A DNA stretch of 64,000 nt, taken from an uncultured Gemmatimonadales bacterium. GTDB lineage: Bacteria > Gemmatimonadota > Gemmatimonadetes > Gemmatimonadales > GWC2-71-9. How positions within the stretch are numbered: position 1 is the first letter of the stretch; the number at the start of each line of letters is the position of its first letter. Both the position numbers and the translations under genes were made by a program. Below are positions 9,670-19,797 of the stretch, piece after piece. Below the pieces are notes generated by a model. That model worked only from the letters and a program-made list of their open reading frames with translations, was not told the DNA's origin and did not search any database. The stretch spans positions 1,621,504 to 1,685,503 of the forward strand of contig CAVOGH010000005.1 in assembly GCA_963695185.1 (NCBI GenBank), in the 5' to 3' direction.

Positions 9670-11167
9670 GTCGCGTCCCGGTGCCGGGCCCACGCCAGAG
9701 AGGTCGCGATGGCCCGCCGCCAGCCGGCCCAGCGGCGTTCCCGCTCGGCCGGGTCACCGGCGGGCTCGAACCGCTGGAACTTCCGGCCCGCCAGGAACTG
9801 GTCCACCGACGGCCACACGCCCAGGGCGAGTCCGGCCAGGCCCGCCGCGCCGAGCGCGGTGGTCTCGACGTTGTCCGGCCGCTCCACCGGCGCCCCCAGC
9901 AGGTCCGCCTGACACTGCATGAGCCAGTCGTTGGCGGCGGCCCCGCCGTCCACCCGGAGCACGGTGAGCGGCCGTCCCGGCATCGGCGGTCATGGCGCGG
10001 GCGAGGTCGGCGCTGGAGAAGGCCATCGCCTCGAGCGCGGCGCGGACCAGGTGGGCGCGGCTGGTCCCGCGGGTCAGGCCCACGATGGTGCCGCGCGCCT
10101 CGCTCTCCCAGTGGGGCGAGCCGAGCCCCACGAAGGCGGGCACGAAGTACACCCCGCCGGTGTCGGCGACACTCCGGGCCAGCGCCTCGGTCTCGGCCGC
10201 CGTGCCGACCAGCCCGAGCCCGTCCCGGAGCCACTGCACCGCGGCCCCGGCGATGAAGACGCTCCCTTCCAGCGCGTAGGCCGGCTCGCCCCGCGGGCCC
10301 GCCGCCGCCGTGACCAGCAGACCGTTCTGCGACTGCGCGGAATCTCCTGCCCCGTGAAGGTGAGCAGGAACGCCCCGGTGCCGTAGGTGTTCTTCGCCCA
10401 GGCCCGGCTGCGACGCACCCCTGGCCGAACAGCGCCGCCTGCTGGTCGCCGGCGATGCCGGCGATGGGCAGACTCCGGCCCAGGCACTCCGGCGTCGCTC
10501 TCGCCCGACCAGACCGCCGACGAGGGCACGATGCCGGGCAGCAGCGCCCGCGGGATTCCGAAGAGGGTGAGCAGCTCCGTCGTCCCAGTCGCGGGCACGC
10601 CAGGCCGTACAGCTGGGTGCGGGAGGCGTTGGTGTGATCGGTGACGTGCTGCCGGCCACCGGTGAGCCTGGCGATGAGCCAGGTGTCCATCGTCCCGGCG
10701 GCGAGTTCGCCCCGCTCCGCCCGGCGCCGGAGCGCCGGATCGCGGAGCAGCCACTCCAGCTTGGTGGCGGAGAAGTAGGGGTCCACCACCAGCCCGGTCC
10801 GCTCCCGGAGCATCGGCTCGAGCCCATCGGCCTGGAGCTGACGGCAGCGCTCCGCGGTGCGGCGGTCCTGCCAGACGATCGCCGGGGCCACCGGGCGCGA
10901 GACTCTGCCGGTCCCAGAGCACGACCGTCTCCCGCTGGTTGGTGATGCCGATGCCCACCGGCACCTCGCCCGCGCTGGGCGATCGCCTCGCGGGCCGCCT
11001 CGATGGTCACCCGGAAGATTTCTTCAGGATCGTGCTCCACCCAGCCGGGCTCGGGGAAATGCTGGGTGAACTCGCGATAGCCCCGTCCCAGAATCGCGGC
11101 CGTCCTGGTGGACGACTAGCGCGGTGGAACCGGTGGTGCCCTGATCGAGGGCGAGGATGGCGGACAT
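9666..11167 (-). CDS. glpK: glycerol kinase; multiple frameshifts
   Basis: [14 protein letters not shown]..., [61 protein letters not shown] and [13 protein letters not shown] lie in order across three minus-strand frames. Confidence 0.85.
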
Positions 11168-11232
11168 GGAGGGAAGGTGCAGCGAAACCACGGAGGGGAC
11201 AAGCGCAGCGGATCAGACCGCCAGCCGGCACC

Positions 11233-12847
11233 TCACTTTCCGGCACCGACCGTGCGCAGGAATCCCTCGAAGACGTCGGAGCGCCAGCTGGGTGGTCATG
11301 CCACCCATCAGCGTGATGGCCTCCTGGTGGGACATGGCCGCACGGTAGCTCCGGCTGGTGGTGAGCGCGTCGTAGACGTCCACGATGCCGATGATCTGCG
11401 CGCCGACGGGGATCTCGTCGCCGCGCAGCCGGTCGGGATAGCCGGTGCCGTCGTACTTCTCGTGGTGCCAGCGGATGATCGGCTTGATGTCCCACGGGAA
11501 CTCGATGGCCGCCGAGCAGCTCCACGCCCCAGACCGGATGCATCTGGATGACGGCGAACTCCTCCTCGGTCAGCGCGGCCCGGCTTGTTCAGGATCTCGT
11601 GCGGGACCTTCACCTTGCCCACGTCGTGGAGGTAGGCGCCCAGCCGAATGGTGGTCCGAGCATCGTCATCGAGGCCGAGTGCCCGCGCCACCTGGTCGGC
11701 GTAGCCGGCCACCCGTTCGCAGTGGCCGAAGGTGTAGCTGTCGGACGATTCGATCGACTGGCCCCAGTCGAGCACCACCGCGAAGTAGGTCCCTTCGAGG
11801 TCGCTGACCTTGGCCTCGACGTCCACCAGGTCGAGGTGGGCATCGAGCCGGTGGAACAGCCGGTAGGCGCTGTTCAGGAGGGTCAGCGCCTCCTGGTTGC
11901 GGGCCATGCTGCGATAGAGCCGCGCCAGCTCGCGTGAGGCTTCCGCCTCACTGAGGACCGAGCCGTTCTGCACCGCCGTGCTCGATGGCCACCTTGAGCC
12001 GCGCCTCCGCCAGCGCCGGGCGGCCGGTGTCGCGGTAGACCATGCCGATCACGCGATAGGCGTCCGCCTTGTCCATGCGGGAGCCCAGCTGATCGAAGAT
12101 GCCCAGTGCGACCTCGGCGCTCTGACGGGCCCGCTCGTAGTCCTGCCGGGCCAGCAGCACCTCGGCGTGGTTCAGCCGGCAGAGGCCCTGCAGGTGCACC
12201 TCGCCGGTGCGTTCCGCGATGGCCAGACTCTGCTCGTAGTAGCGCTCGGCCGCTTCCCACTCGGACCGGTCGGCGCTGATCATGCCCAGGTTGTGGTAGG
12301 CGATGGCGCAGCCCTTTTCGTCTCCCACCAGCTGGCAGGCTTCGAGCGACGCGGCGTAGTGCGCCAGGGCGCCGTCGTGATCGCCGTGGATGGTGGCGAG
12401 GATGCCGAGGTTCTGCTCGATCCGGCTGCGCAGGTCGGGACGGGCGCCACCCAGCACCAGCGCCTCGGTCAGAAACTCCCGGGCCCGCTGCATCGCGCCG
12501 CGCTCGAACTCGATCCCGCCGAGGGTGTTCAGCGCCTCCGCCGCCAGCTCCCGGTCGCCGTGTGCGAGCGCGCTCTCGTAGCTCCGGGTGCACAGATCGC
12601 GGGCCCGCTCGGGCTGGTTCTGGTGATGACAGATGACTCCCAGCCGCCGGCTCGCCTCGGCCACAACGGCAATCGCCCCAGCGGTCTCGCCCAGGGCGAT
12701 GGCGGTCTCGTATGAGGCGGAGGCCGGTCCCAGGCGGCCGCCTCGCTCGTGTACTCGGCCTTCCGCCAGATGATCGGCGGCGCCCGGCCGGTCCACCATG
12801 GGACCGCGCCGGGCGCCGCCAACCTTTGAACCGGAAGACCACAGCAT
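11233..12847 (-). CDS. TPR-repeat protein fused to HD-GYP phosphodiesterase domain; 2-3 frameshifts
   Basis: ORF 11948..12847 has TPR-like repeats. ORF 11308..11973 has HCERVAGYA...GAYLHDVGK. The next frame has IIRWHHEKYDGTGYP (HHExxDGxGYP). Confidence 0.75.
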
Positions 12848-12851
12848 TGCG

Positions 12852-13380
12852 CTACCAAGCCACCGCGTAGCGGGAGAAGTGATCGAGGCGGGTGGTAATC
12901 CGCATCGTGATCAGGTTATCCAGCGACGCCAGGAAGCTGATGATGTCCAGGCCGTCGGAGGTGTAGGCGATCCGCTTGAAGATGTTGAGACGGCCCGCCG
13001 GGCAGTGGGAATAGTCCAGGGTCAGGATCGCCGGCCGGGCGAACTCGAGGCCGTGGGGCGAGAAGGTCACCGAGGCGTAGGCATCGTGCGGCGCCACCCC
13101 GGTGATGCTGATCGGCGCGGCCAGCGCGCCCGGCGGTACGATCAGGAGGTGGCGGCCCACCTGCAGCAGGCCACCCGCGGGGCCGATGACGCGCGTGGCG
13201 CTGGCGGCCGGCTGCAGGTTGCAGCTCAGGAGCCCGCTCGAGCAGCGGCAGCCGCAGTTCCGCCGCCGGCGCAGCCGTGACCGGCCCCGTCGGGTTCTCC
13301 ATCCAGGTACAGCTGGTCAGCGTGAACGCCACCACCAGCAGCGCACCACACCAACGGGTGAACCGACGCGAGCGAGGCAT
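12852..13380 (-). CDS. lipoprotein, function unknown; one frameshift
   Basis: MPRSRRFTRWCGALLVVAFTLTSC lipobox. The C-terminal part comes from ORF 12852..13160. Confidence 0.55.
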
Positions 13381-13473
13381 AGCGAGCTCCTGCAGATGGA
13401 GGCGGCTTACCTCGGCGAGTCCGGGAATGCCGCTGCGCCATTCTCAGGGGCAACCCTGATGCCACAGCCCGGC

Positions 13474-13586
13474 TATCTGTGTAGACTAATTGTACATGTA
13501 AACTGCAAGTTGCTTTGTAACATATTGGTAATTAATGATTTACCTACGGAGTTTCATATAAGAGAACACCGACTCAGTAATTGACA
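13474..13586. other. AT-rich intergenic island (about one-third G+C by hand count)
   Basis: ttgtacatgtaaactgcaagttgctttgtaacatattggtaattaatgatttacc... sits in a ~70% G+C context. It contains the GGTAAT-N6-TTTACC imperfect inverted repeat and a minus-strand TACAAT (13489..13494). Confidence 0.5.
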
Positions 13587-13738
13587 GGCTACGGTGAGAT
13601 CCAGCCGCGCTTTTGTGCCCCAGCTCACACCCGCGGCACGCCCGGGCGTCGCGCCGGGACCCGCAGCCGTCGCAGGCTCGCCACAGCGCGGATGGGGAGC
13701 TGGCGGAATTTCAGCGGGGTCAGGGCCATCCGGGAACC

Positions 13739-14747
13739 TTAGCCGAGGGCGCCCAATTGGCGGCGCGCAAGCAATCCCGCGTCGGTGAGGTAGGCGGTGA
13801 TCAGCTCGGCGGGGGTGACATCGAAGGCGGGATTCCAGACACGAGGCGAGCGGGTGCCGCGACCGCGGTCCCCGCCATCTGCGCCACCTCCTCCGGACGG
13901 CGCTCCTCGATGGGGATCGCGGCGCCGGTGGCGGCGGCGGTATCGTAGGTGCTGCGAGGCGCAGCCACGTAGAACGGGACCCCATGGGCGCGGGCGGCCA
14001 GCGCCAGCGCGTAGGTCCCGATCTTGTTGGCGGTGTCGCCGTTGCGGGCGATCCGGTCGGCCCCGACGATGACGCAGGTGACCCCGCCCCGACGGAGTCG
14101 GCTGGCCGCCATGCCATCGGTGATGACCGTGACCGGCACGTCCGCCCGCGAGAGCTCCCAGGCGGTCAGCCGGCTGCCCTGGAGGAGCGGGCGGGTCTCG
14201 CAGGCCACCACGCTCACCTTGCCGTGCTGCTCGTGGGCCAGGTAGATGGGCGCCAGTGCGGTTCCGATGCCACCGGTGGCCAGTGCCCCGGCGTTGCAGA
14301 TCGTCATGACGGTCGCCCCGTCGGGAAGGAGCGGTAGTCCGGCCTCGCCGATGCGCTGGCACATTTCCCGGTCCTCGTCCCAGATGGCCTGGGCCTCCCG
14401 GAGCAGGGCCGCGGCGAGAGTCCCCCCGAAGCCGTCGCGGTGGCGTGGGCCACCCGACGCATCCTGCCCATGGCCCACGGGAGGTTCACGGCGGTGGGCC
14501 GGGTGGATTCCAGCTCATCGCAGGCCGCCAGCACCTCCCTCAGCCCGGCCGCCGGACGCCCGGCCGAGAGGGCCACGCCGAAGGCCGCCGTAATGCCGAT
14601 CAGGGGCGCACCGCGGACCCGCAGCTGCCGGATGGCCTCGGCGACGTCGGCCACGGTGGCCAGGTTCCGGTAGCACTCTTCCCCCGGCAGCAGGGTCTGG
14701 TCCAGGATGCGGAGCGCGCCGCCGGTGTACTCGATGGGTCGTAGCAT
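13739..14747 (-). CDS. mtnA: methylthioribose-1-phosphate isomerase (eIF-2B alpha/beta/delta family); 2-3 frameshifts
   Basis: [56 protein letters not shown] and [12 protein letters not shown]. Confidence 0.8.
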
Positions 14748-14901
14748 GAGCCCGGATTATACCGCCTCCCGGACCCGAACGGGCCGCCCTCCACGCACCG
14801 GCCGCCGCACCTCAGGTGTGGGACCTGACGCCAGCACCGGCTAAGATTCGGCGCCACCGTTTCCGCCACCTTCTCCTCCACGCGGCCCGGGCGCCGTCCC
14901 C

Positions 14902-15684
14902 ATGACCTACTCAACGCTGCTCCTCGACACACACGACGGGGTTGCCACGATCACCGTCAATCGCCCCGACAAGCTGAATGCCCTCAACGCGGCCGTCATC
15001 GGGGAACTTGGCGCCGTCGCCGAGTCGCTCGCAGCCGACCCTGCCGTTCGCGGGGTGATCCTCACCGGGGCCGGCCCCAAGGCCTTTGTGGCCGGCGCGG
15101 ACATCAGTGAGCTGGCCGGGCAAGGTCCGGCCCAGGCGCGAGCGAGGTCGCTCCGTGGCCAGGCCGCGTTCCGGCGATTCGAGGCCATGCGCAAACCGGT
15201 GATTGCGGCGGTGAACGGCTTCTGCCTCGGGGGTGGCTGCGAGCTGGCCATGGCGTGCCACATCCGCCTCGCGAGCGAGAACGCCAAGTTCGGCCAGCCG
15301 GAGGTCAAGCTCGGTCTGGGCCCCGGCTACGGTGGCACCGTCCGGCTGCCGCGGCTGGTGGGGCGCGGCCGGGCGCTGGAGCTGCTGTTGACCGGCGCCA
15401 CGATCGACGCCCAGGAGGCCTGGCGCATCGGCCTGGTTAATCGGGTGGTGCCGGCCGAGCAGCTGCTGCCCGAGGCGCAGAAGCTGGTCGGCGCGATCCT
15501 CGCCCAGGGGCCGCTGGCGGTGGCTGCCGTGCTGGAGGCGGTGGACGCGGGCCTCGAGACCGGTCAAGCCGAGGCGCTCCTCCTCGAGGCCAGCCATTTC
15601 GGGCTGTTGTCTTCCACGACCGACATGCGAGAGGGGGTGCAGGCATTTCTGGAGAAACGCACGCCGGCGTTCCAGGGCCGGTAG
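14902..15684 (+). CDS. enoyl-CoA hydratase/isomerase (crotonase) family
   Basis: Intact 260-aa ORF with ITVNRPDKLNALN, AFVAGADISE and AAVNGFCLGGGCELAMACH. Confidence 0.9.
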   Translation: MTYSTLLLDTHDGVATITVNRPDKLNALNAAVIGELGAVAESLAADPAVRGVILTGAGPKAFVAGADISELAGQGPAQARARSLRGQAAFRRFEAMRKPVIAAVNGFCLGGGCELAMACHIRLASENAKFGQPEVKLGLGPGYGGTVRLPRLVGRGRALELLLTGATIDAQEAWRIGLVNRVVPAEQLLPEAQKLVGAILAQGPLAVAAVLEAVDAGLETGQAEALLLEASHFGLLSSTTDMREGVQAFLEKRTPAFQGR

Positions 15685-15778
15685 GGGCTGCCCGGCAACG
15701 CCGGGGTCCGCAGGGCTAAGCAATCCTTCATCGCTCGTTCCGCCTCCTCTCATCCCCATCGAACAACCCTTCACAACC

Positions 15779-15800
15779 GGAGAGGCCGAGTGGCCTCTCC
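15779..15800 (+). terminator. hairpin downstream of crotonase gene
   Basis: GGAGAGGCC-gagt-GGCCTCTCC forms a perfect 9-bp stem. No U-tract follows. Confidence 0.4.
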
Positions 15801-15926
15801 GTCGCACACCTAGGGCGTCACTGAGCCGGCTACGTGTCCGCTGCGCTCCGTGACCCCGGAATCCGGCGTGGCCCCCGTGGGTGCTTGTCACGCCGGGCCG
15901 CCCTCTCTCTCACAGCGCAGAGCCAT

Positions 15927-18269
15927 ATGAGACGGGTCGATCGGAGGACGTTCCTCAAGGGGGTCGGAGTGGTCTCCGCGGCGACGGCCGCCTCGGCGGT
16001 GGTCCCGGGCATGGCGCTCCCGGCAACGAGCCCGGCCTTGCCGGGCGAGTCCGGCACCGCCTGGCACAAGACGCCCTGTCGTCTCTGCGGGGTGGGGTGT
16101 GGCCTCCTGGTCGGGATCCAGAACGGACGGGCGGTAGCCGTGAAGGGGGATCCCGACTCGCCGGTGAGCAGGGGATTGGCCTGCGTGAAGGGCTACAACT
16201 CGGTGCATGCCCTCTACGGGGCCGATCGGCTCACGCGGGCCAAGGTACGACGGGATGGTGTGCTGGTCGAGGTGCCGCTGAGCGAGGCGCTCGACCTGGT
16301 GGCGCGCAAGCTCCGCGACACGGCCCAGCGGCATGGCAAGAACAGCGTGGCGGTCTACGGCTCGGCCCAGTGGACCATCCCGGACGCCTATATCGCCTCG
16401 AAGCTGTTCAAGGGCGCGCTGGGGACCAATAACGTGGAGACCAGCACACGCCTGTACGCCGCCAGTGGCATGGCAGGCCTCCAGACCAGCTTCGGTCTCG
16501 ATGGCACGATCGGCTGCTACGAGGACATCGAGCACGCCGACTTCTTTGTGTTGTGGGACATCAACCTGGCCGAAACCGACCCTGTGCTGTTCTCCCGCAT
16601 GCTGGACCGCAAGCGGGCCAACCCGGCGGTTCGCATCATCGATATCGCCACCCGTACCACCCGCACCAGTTACGCCTGTGATCACTCGCTGCTGCACGCG
16701 CCGCACGCGGGGCCGGCCATCGCCAATGGGGTCTGCCACGAGATCGTGGCGCGGAAGTGGGCACAGCGCGAGTTCCTCGATCAGCACGTCGCATTCAAGC
16801 GCGGCAGGACCAACATCGGCGACGGTCTCGCCGACGATGCCCTCCTCGCGGACGAGGCCACCGACGCCACCTGGAACGAGTACGTCGCCTTCCTGGCCGA
16901 CTACCAGCCGGAGCGCGCCCAGGAGCTGTGCGGCATGTCGGCGGCCAGCATCCGCTGGCTGGCGTCGCTCTACGGCGACCCGTTGCGCAAGGTGATGTCC
17001 CTCTGGGGTCAGGAGGTGAACCAGGATGTGCGCGGCACCTGGATGAACAACCTGCTCTACAACATTCATCTGCTGGTGGGCAAGGTCGCGACCCCGGGCA
17101 ACAGCCCCCTCTGCCTCACCGGGCAGCCCGGCGGCGGCAGCGGGGTGCACGATGCCGGCAGCCTGACCCACACGCTGCCCCGTGGGTTCGTGCAGAAGGA
17201 GGAGGACCGCCGCCGGGCCGCCGACATCTGGGGCGTACCGGCGGAGACCATCGACCCCCAGCCCACCGGCCCGGCGCTCTCGATGTTTCGCCGGCTGGAA
17301 CGGGGCGATATCCGGTTCCTCTGGATCTCGGCCACCGATCCGATGGTCAGCCTCCCCAACCTGGACCGCTACCGCCGTGCGGCGCGCAGCGGGGACCGCT
17401 TCATCGTCGTCTCGGAAGCCTACCCGACGCCCACGACGGACGTGGCGGACGTCGTTCTTCCCGCGGCGATGTGGCTGGAACGCGAGGGCATCTACGCCAA
17501 CGCGGAACGGCGCCTGCAGCACTTCGCGCGGATCGTGACGCCCCCCGGGGACGCGACCAGCGACGCCTGGCAGATGATCGAGGTCGCCCGACGGCTCGGT
17601 TTCGAGAAGCTCTTCCCCTTCGATTCCCGCCGTCACGTCGAGCAGATCTGGGAGGAGTACGGCCGCTTCCACCGGGAGCCACCCAGCGCGCTCCCGCCCC
17701 TCGCCGAACTGCGCGCCCAGCCGGGGGTGCTGTGGCCGTATGCGGCAGGCCGGGGAACCCGGTGGCGCTACAACGCCGCGCAGGACCCCGCGGCCGACGG
17801 TTCCCGAGGTGCCTTCGACTTCTACGGCCACCCGGACCACCGCGCGTGGATCTGGCTCCGCCCCTACGAGCCCCCGGCGGAGTCGCCAGACCGGGAGTAT
17901 CCGGTGTGGCTCACGACCGGCGCCGTGCTGGAACAATGGGGCACGGGCTCGATGACCCAGCGCATCCCGACGCTGCACCGCGCCCTGCCCCATGCATATG
18001 TCGAGATCAACAAGGACGACGCTCGCGACCTGGGCGTCCGGAATCGCGAGGCCGTCCGGCTGCTGAGCCGGCGCGGCTCGATCGAGCTCGAGGCCCGTAT
18101 CGACTATCGCTCTCAGCCGCCCCGCGGCCAGGTCTTCGTCCCCTCGTTCGATGAGGCGCGGCCGGTGAATCGGCTCACCCTGGACGCCTGCTGTCCGCTG
18201 TCGGGGCAGCCCGATGGCGGCAAGTGTGCGGTGCGGGTGGAGCGGCTGCCGGGCCGGGGCGGCCCGTGA
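15927..18269 (+). CDS. NapA-like periplasmic molybdopterin (bis-PGD) oxidoreductase with non-canonical Mo-ligand position
   Basis: Tat motif RRTFLKG and CRLCGVGCG...C 4Fe-4S motif. Collinear by eye with E. coli NapA along its full length. RHCMAS is replaced by RLYAAS. Intact 780 codons. Confidence 0.9.
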   Translation: MRRVDRRTFLKGVGVVSAATAASAVVPGMALPATSPALPGESGTAWHKTPCRLCGVGCGLLVGIQNGRAVAVKGDPDSPVSRGLACVKGYNSVHALYGADRLTRAKVRRDGVLVEVPLSEALDLVARKLRDTAQRHGKNSVAVYGSAQWTIPDAYIASKLFKGALGTNNVETSTRLYAASGMAGLQTSFGLDGTIGCYEDIEHADFFVLWDINLAETDPVLFSRMLDRKRANPAVRIIDIATRTTRTSYACDHSLLHAPHAGPAIANGVCHEIVARKWAQREFLDQHVAFKRGRTNIGDGLADDALLADEATDATWNEYVAFLADYQPERAQELCGMSAASIRWLASLYGDPLRKVMSLWGQEVNQDVRGTWMNNLLYNIHLLVGKVATPGNSPLCLTGQPGGGSGVHDAGSLTHTLPRGFVQKEEDRRRAADIWGVPAETIDPQPTGPALSMFRRLERGDIRFLWISATDPMVSLPNLDRYRRAARSGDRFIVVSEAYPTPTTDVADVVLPAAMWLEREGIYANAERRLQHFARIVTPPGDATSDAWQMIEVARRLGFEKLFPFDSRRHVEQIWEEYGRFHREPPSALPPLAELRAQPGVLWPYAAGRGTRWRYNAAQDPAADGSRGAFDFYGHPDHRAWIWLRPYEPPAESPDREYPVWLTTGAVLEQWGTGSMTQRIPTLHRALPHAYVEINKDDARDLGVRNREAVRLLSRRGSIELEARIDYRSQPPRGQVFVPSFDEARPVNRLTLDACCPLSGQPDGGKCAVRVERLPGRGGP

Positions 18270-19075
18270 GTGGCGACCGGCACCCGACGGCGGTCGCGCT
18301 GGGACTCTTCCTGGCGGCGGCCGCCGCCACGGCGGTGGCCGCGGGGAGCGTAGCGCTGAAACGCGGCGCCCAAGCGCGGGCGCGGGCGCCCGTGCTCGTC
18401 CCGGTCGGCATCGTGGCCGCGCCGGAGGAGCCGATCCATGCGGAGGCGCAGGTGTTCCGTACCACCCCCGCGATGCTGGCGCTGGTACCCGCGACTCGCC
18501 GGGAACGCTCGGCCCACCCGCGCACCCTGAAGACGGTACGCTTCCTCCGCGCCTATGAGGGCGCGCCCCCACGCATCCCGCACCCCCTCACGGCCGACGA
18601 GTTCCGCACCGACGCCTGCCGGACGTGTCATGAGCGTGGTGGCTACTCGGTGCGCTTCTCCGCGTACGTGCCGCTGACGCCGCACCCGGAACGCGGCATC
18701 TGTCTCCAGTGCCATGTGGGCGAGGACGCCGTCCTGGGCGTGGCCGAAGCCAGCAGGAATCCCAACTCCCGGTGTCCGCTCTGTCACGGGCCCAGCGGCG
18801 GCCCGGTCCGGGCCGCCGCCTCGGCGACGTGGCCGACGACGGTCTGGCCAAGGCTCTCCCCGAAGACACCGGACCGCGCCCCTCCGCCGGTCCCGCACGA
18901 CCTGCAGTACCGGCAGAACTGCCTCACCTGCCATGCCGGCCCCGCGGCCGTCGCCGAGATCCGCACCACTCACCCGGAGCGGGCCAACTGCCGCCAGTGC
19001 CATGTCCTGCTGGATCCGGAAGCAGAGGCCTTTGTTCGTCCCGCGGGAGTGGTCGCCTACGGAGATGCACCATGA
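18266..19075 (+). CDS. membrane-anchored pentahaem cytochrome with two NapB-like modules
   Basis: The GTG overlaps the napA-like stop (GTGA). It has a TM helix and five CxxCH motifs. Two modules match the NapB signature: PPRIPH...CRTCH...CLQCH and PPPVPH...CLTCH...CRQCH. Confidence 0.75.
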   Translation: MSGDRHPTAVALGLFLAAAAATAVAAGSVALKRGAQARARAPVLVPVGIVAAPEEPIHAEAQVFRTTPAMLALVPATRRERSAHPRTLKTVRFLRAYEGAPPRIPHPLTADEFRTDACRTCHERGGYSVRFSAYVPLTPHPERGICLQCHVGEDAVLGVAEASRNPNSRCPLCHGPSGGPVRAAASATWPTTVWPRLSPKTPDRAPPPVPHDLQYRQNCLTCHAGPAAVAEIRTTHPERANCRQCHVLLDPEAEAFVRPAGVVAYGDAP

Positions 19076-19797
19076 ACCAGACACTGTACGGGAGCGCCGT
19101 GGTGTGCGTTGCAGCGGCATGGCTGGTCTCCAGTTGCCGTCCGACCGACCCGGCGCATGGAAGTCCCGCGCCGGGGGAGACGGTCGCGGTGACGATCGAC
19201 TCGGCGACCGCGGCCCGGAACGCGACCCTTGAGCCCGGCGCGCTCGCGACCGTGCCCGCGGTCCCGGTCGAACGCTGGAAGGGACCGGGCGAGCGCCCCT
19301 TCGAGGTGGCTCTTCGGAGTGCCGTTCCCGAGGCCGGACACGCGCGCATGTTCGGCACCATCACGCTGCCGATCGCGCTCCGCAGCCGCACGGCTGCCAT
19401 CAACCAGTATCCCTGCACGTCCTGCCACCTCGGCCGGAAGGTGATCATGGCCAACCGCCGGATCGGCGATGCCCACAACAACATCCAGCCGGTGCACCCG
19501 GAACAGACCGGGGCCGTGTGTTCGACCTGCCACTCGGACGGCGACGTGGCGCTGCTGACCCTCAAGGGCGGGGAGCGGGCGACGCTGGATGAAAGCTACC
19601 GGCTGTGCGCGCAGTGTCATTTCCCGGAGGCGAAGACGTGGGCGGGCGGGGCGCACGGGAAGCGACTCGATGGCTGGCAGGGACGGCGAGTCGTGATGGC
19701 CTGCACCGACTGCCACGACCCGCACATGCCCGCGGTCGAGGTGCGCATCCCCTTCCGCGCGCCGGAACTCGAGCGCAGCCGCGGTGGCAGCCGATGA
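19072..19797 (+). CDS. tetrahaem c-type cytochrome lipoprotein
   Basis: ATGA overlap with the upstream stop. Lipobox LVSSC. Haem motifs CTSCH, CSTCH, CAQCH and CTDCH. Confidence 0.8.
   Translation: MNQTLYGSAVVCVAAAWLVSSCRPTDPAHGSPAPGETVAVTIDSATAARNATLEPGALATVPAVPVERWKGPGERPFEVALRSAVPEAGHARMFGTITLPIALRSRTAAINQYPCTSCHLGRKVIMANRRIGDAHNNIQPVHPEQTGAVCSTCHSDGDVALLTLKGGERATLDESYRLCAQCHFPEAKTWAGGAHGKRLDGWQGRRVVMACTDCHDPHMPAVEVRIPFRAPELERSRGGSR

Noticed and set aside
15888-18572. An 894-aa minus-strand ORF antisense to the NapA-like gene. Similar long antisense or overlapping ORFs occur at 1843..3546, 20762..22591, 54857..56227 (frame parts) and 62347..63963.
   Set aside because: These are typical stop-poor shadow frames of a ~70% G+C genome. 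Their translations are Arg/Pro/Gly/Ala-rich with no recognisable motifs, whereas the opposite-strand or alternative frames carry clear conserved families.
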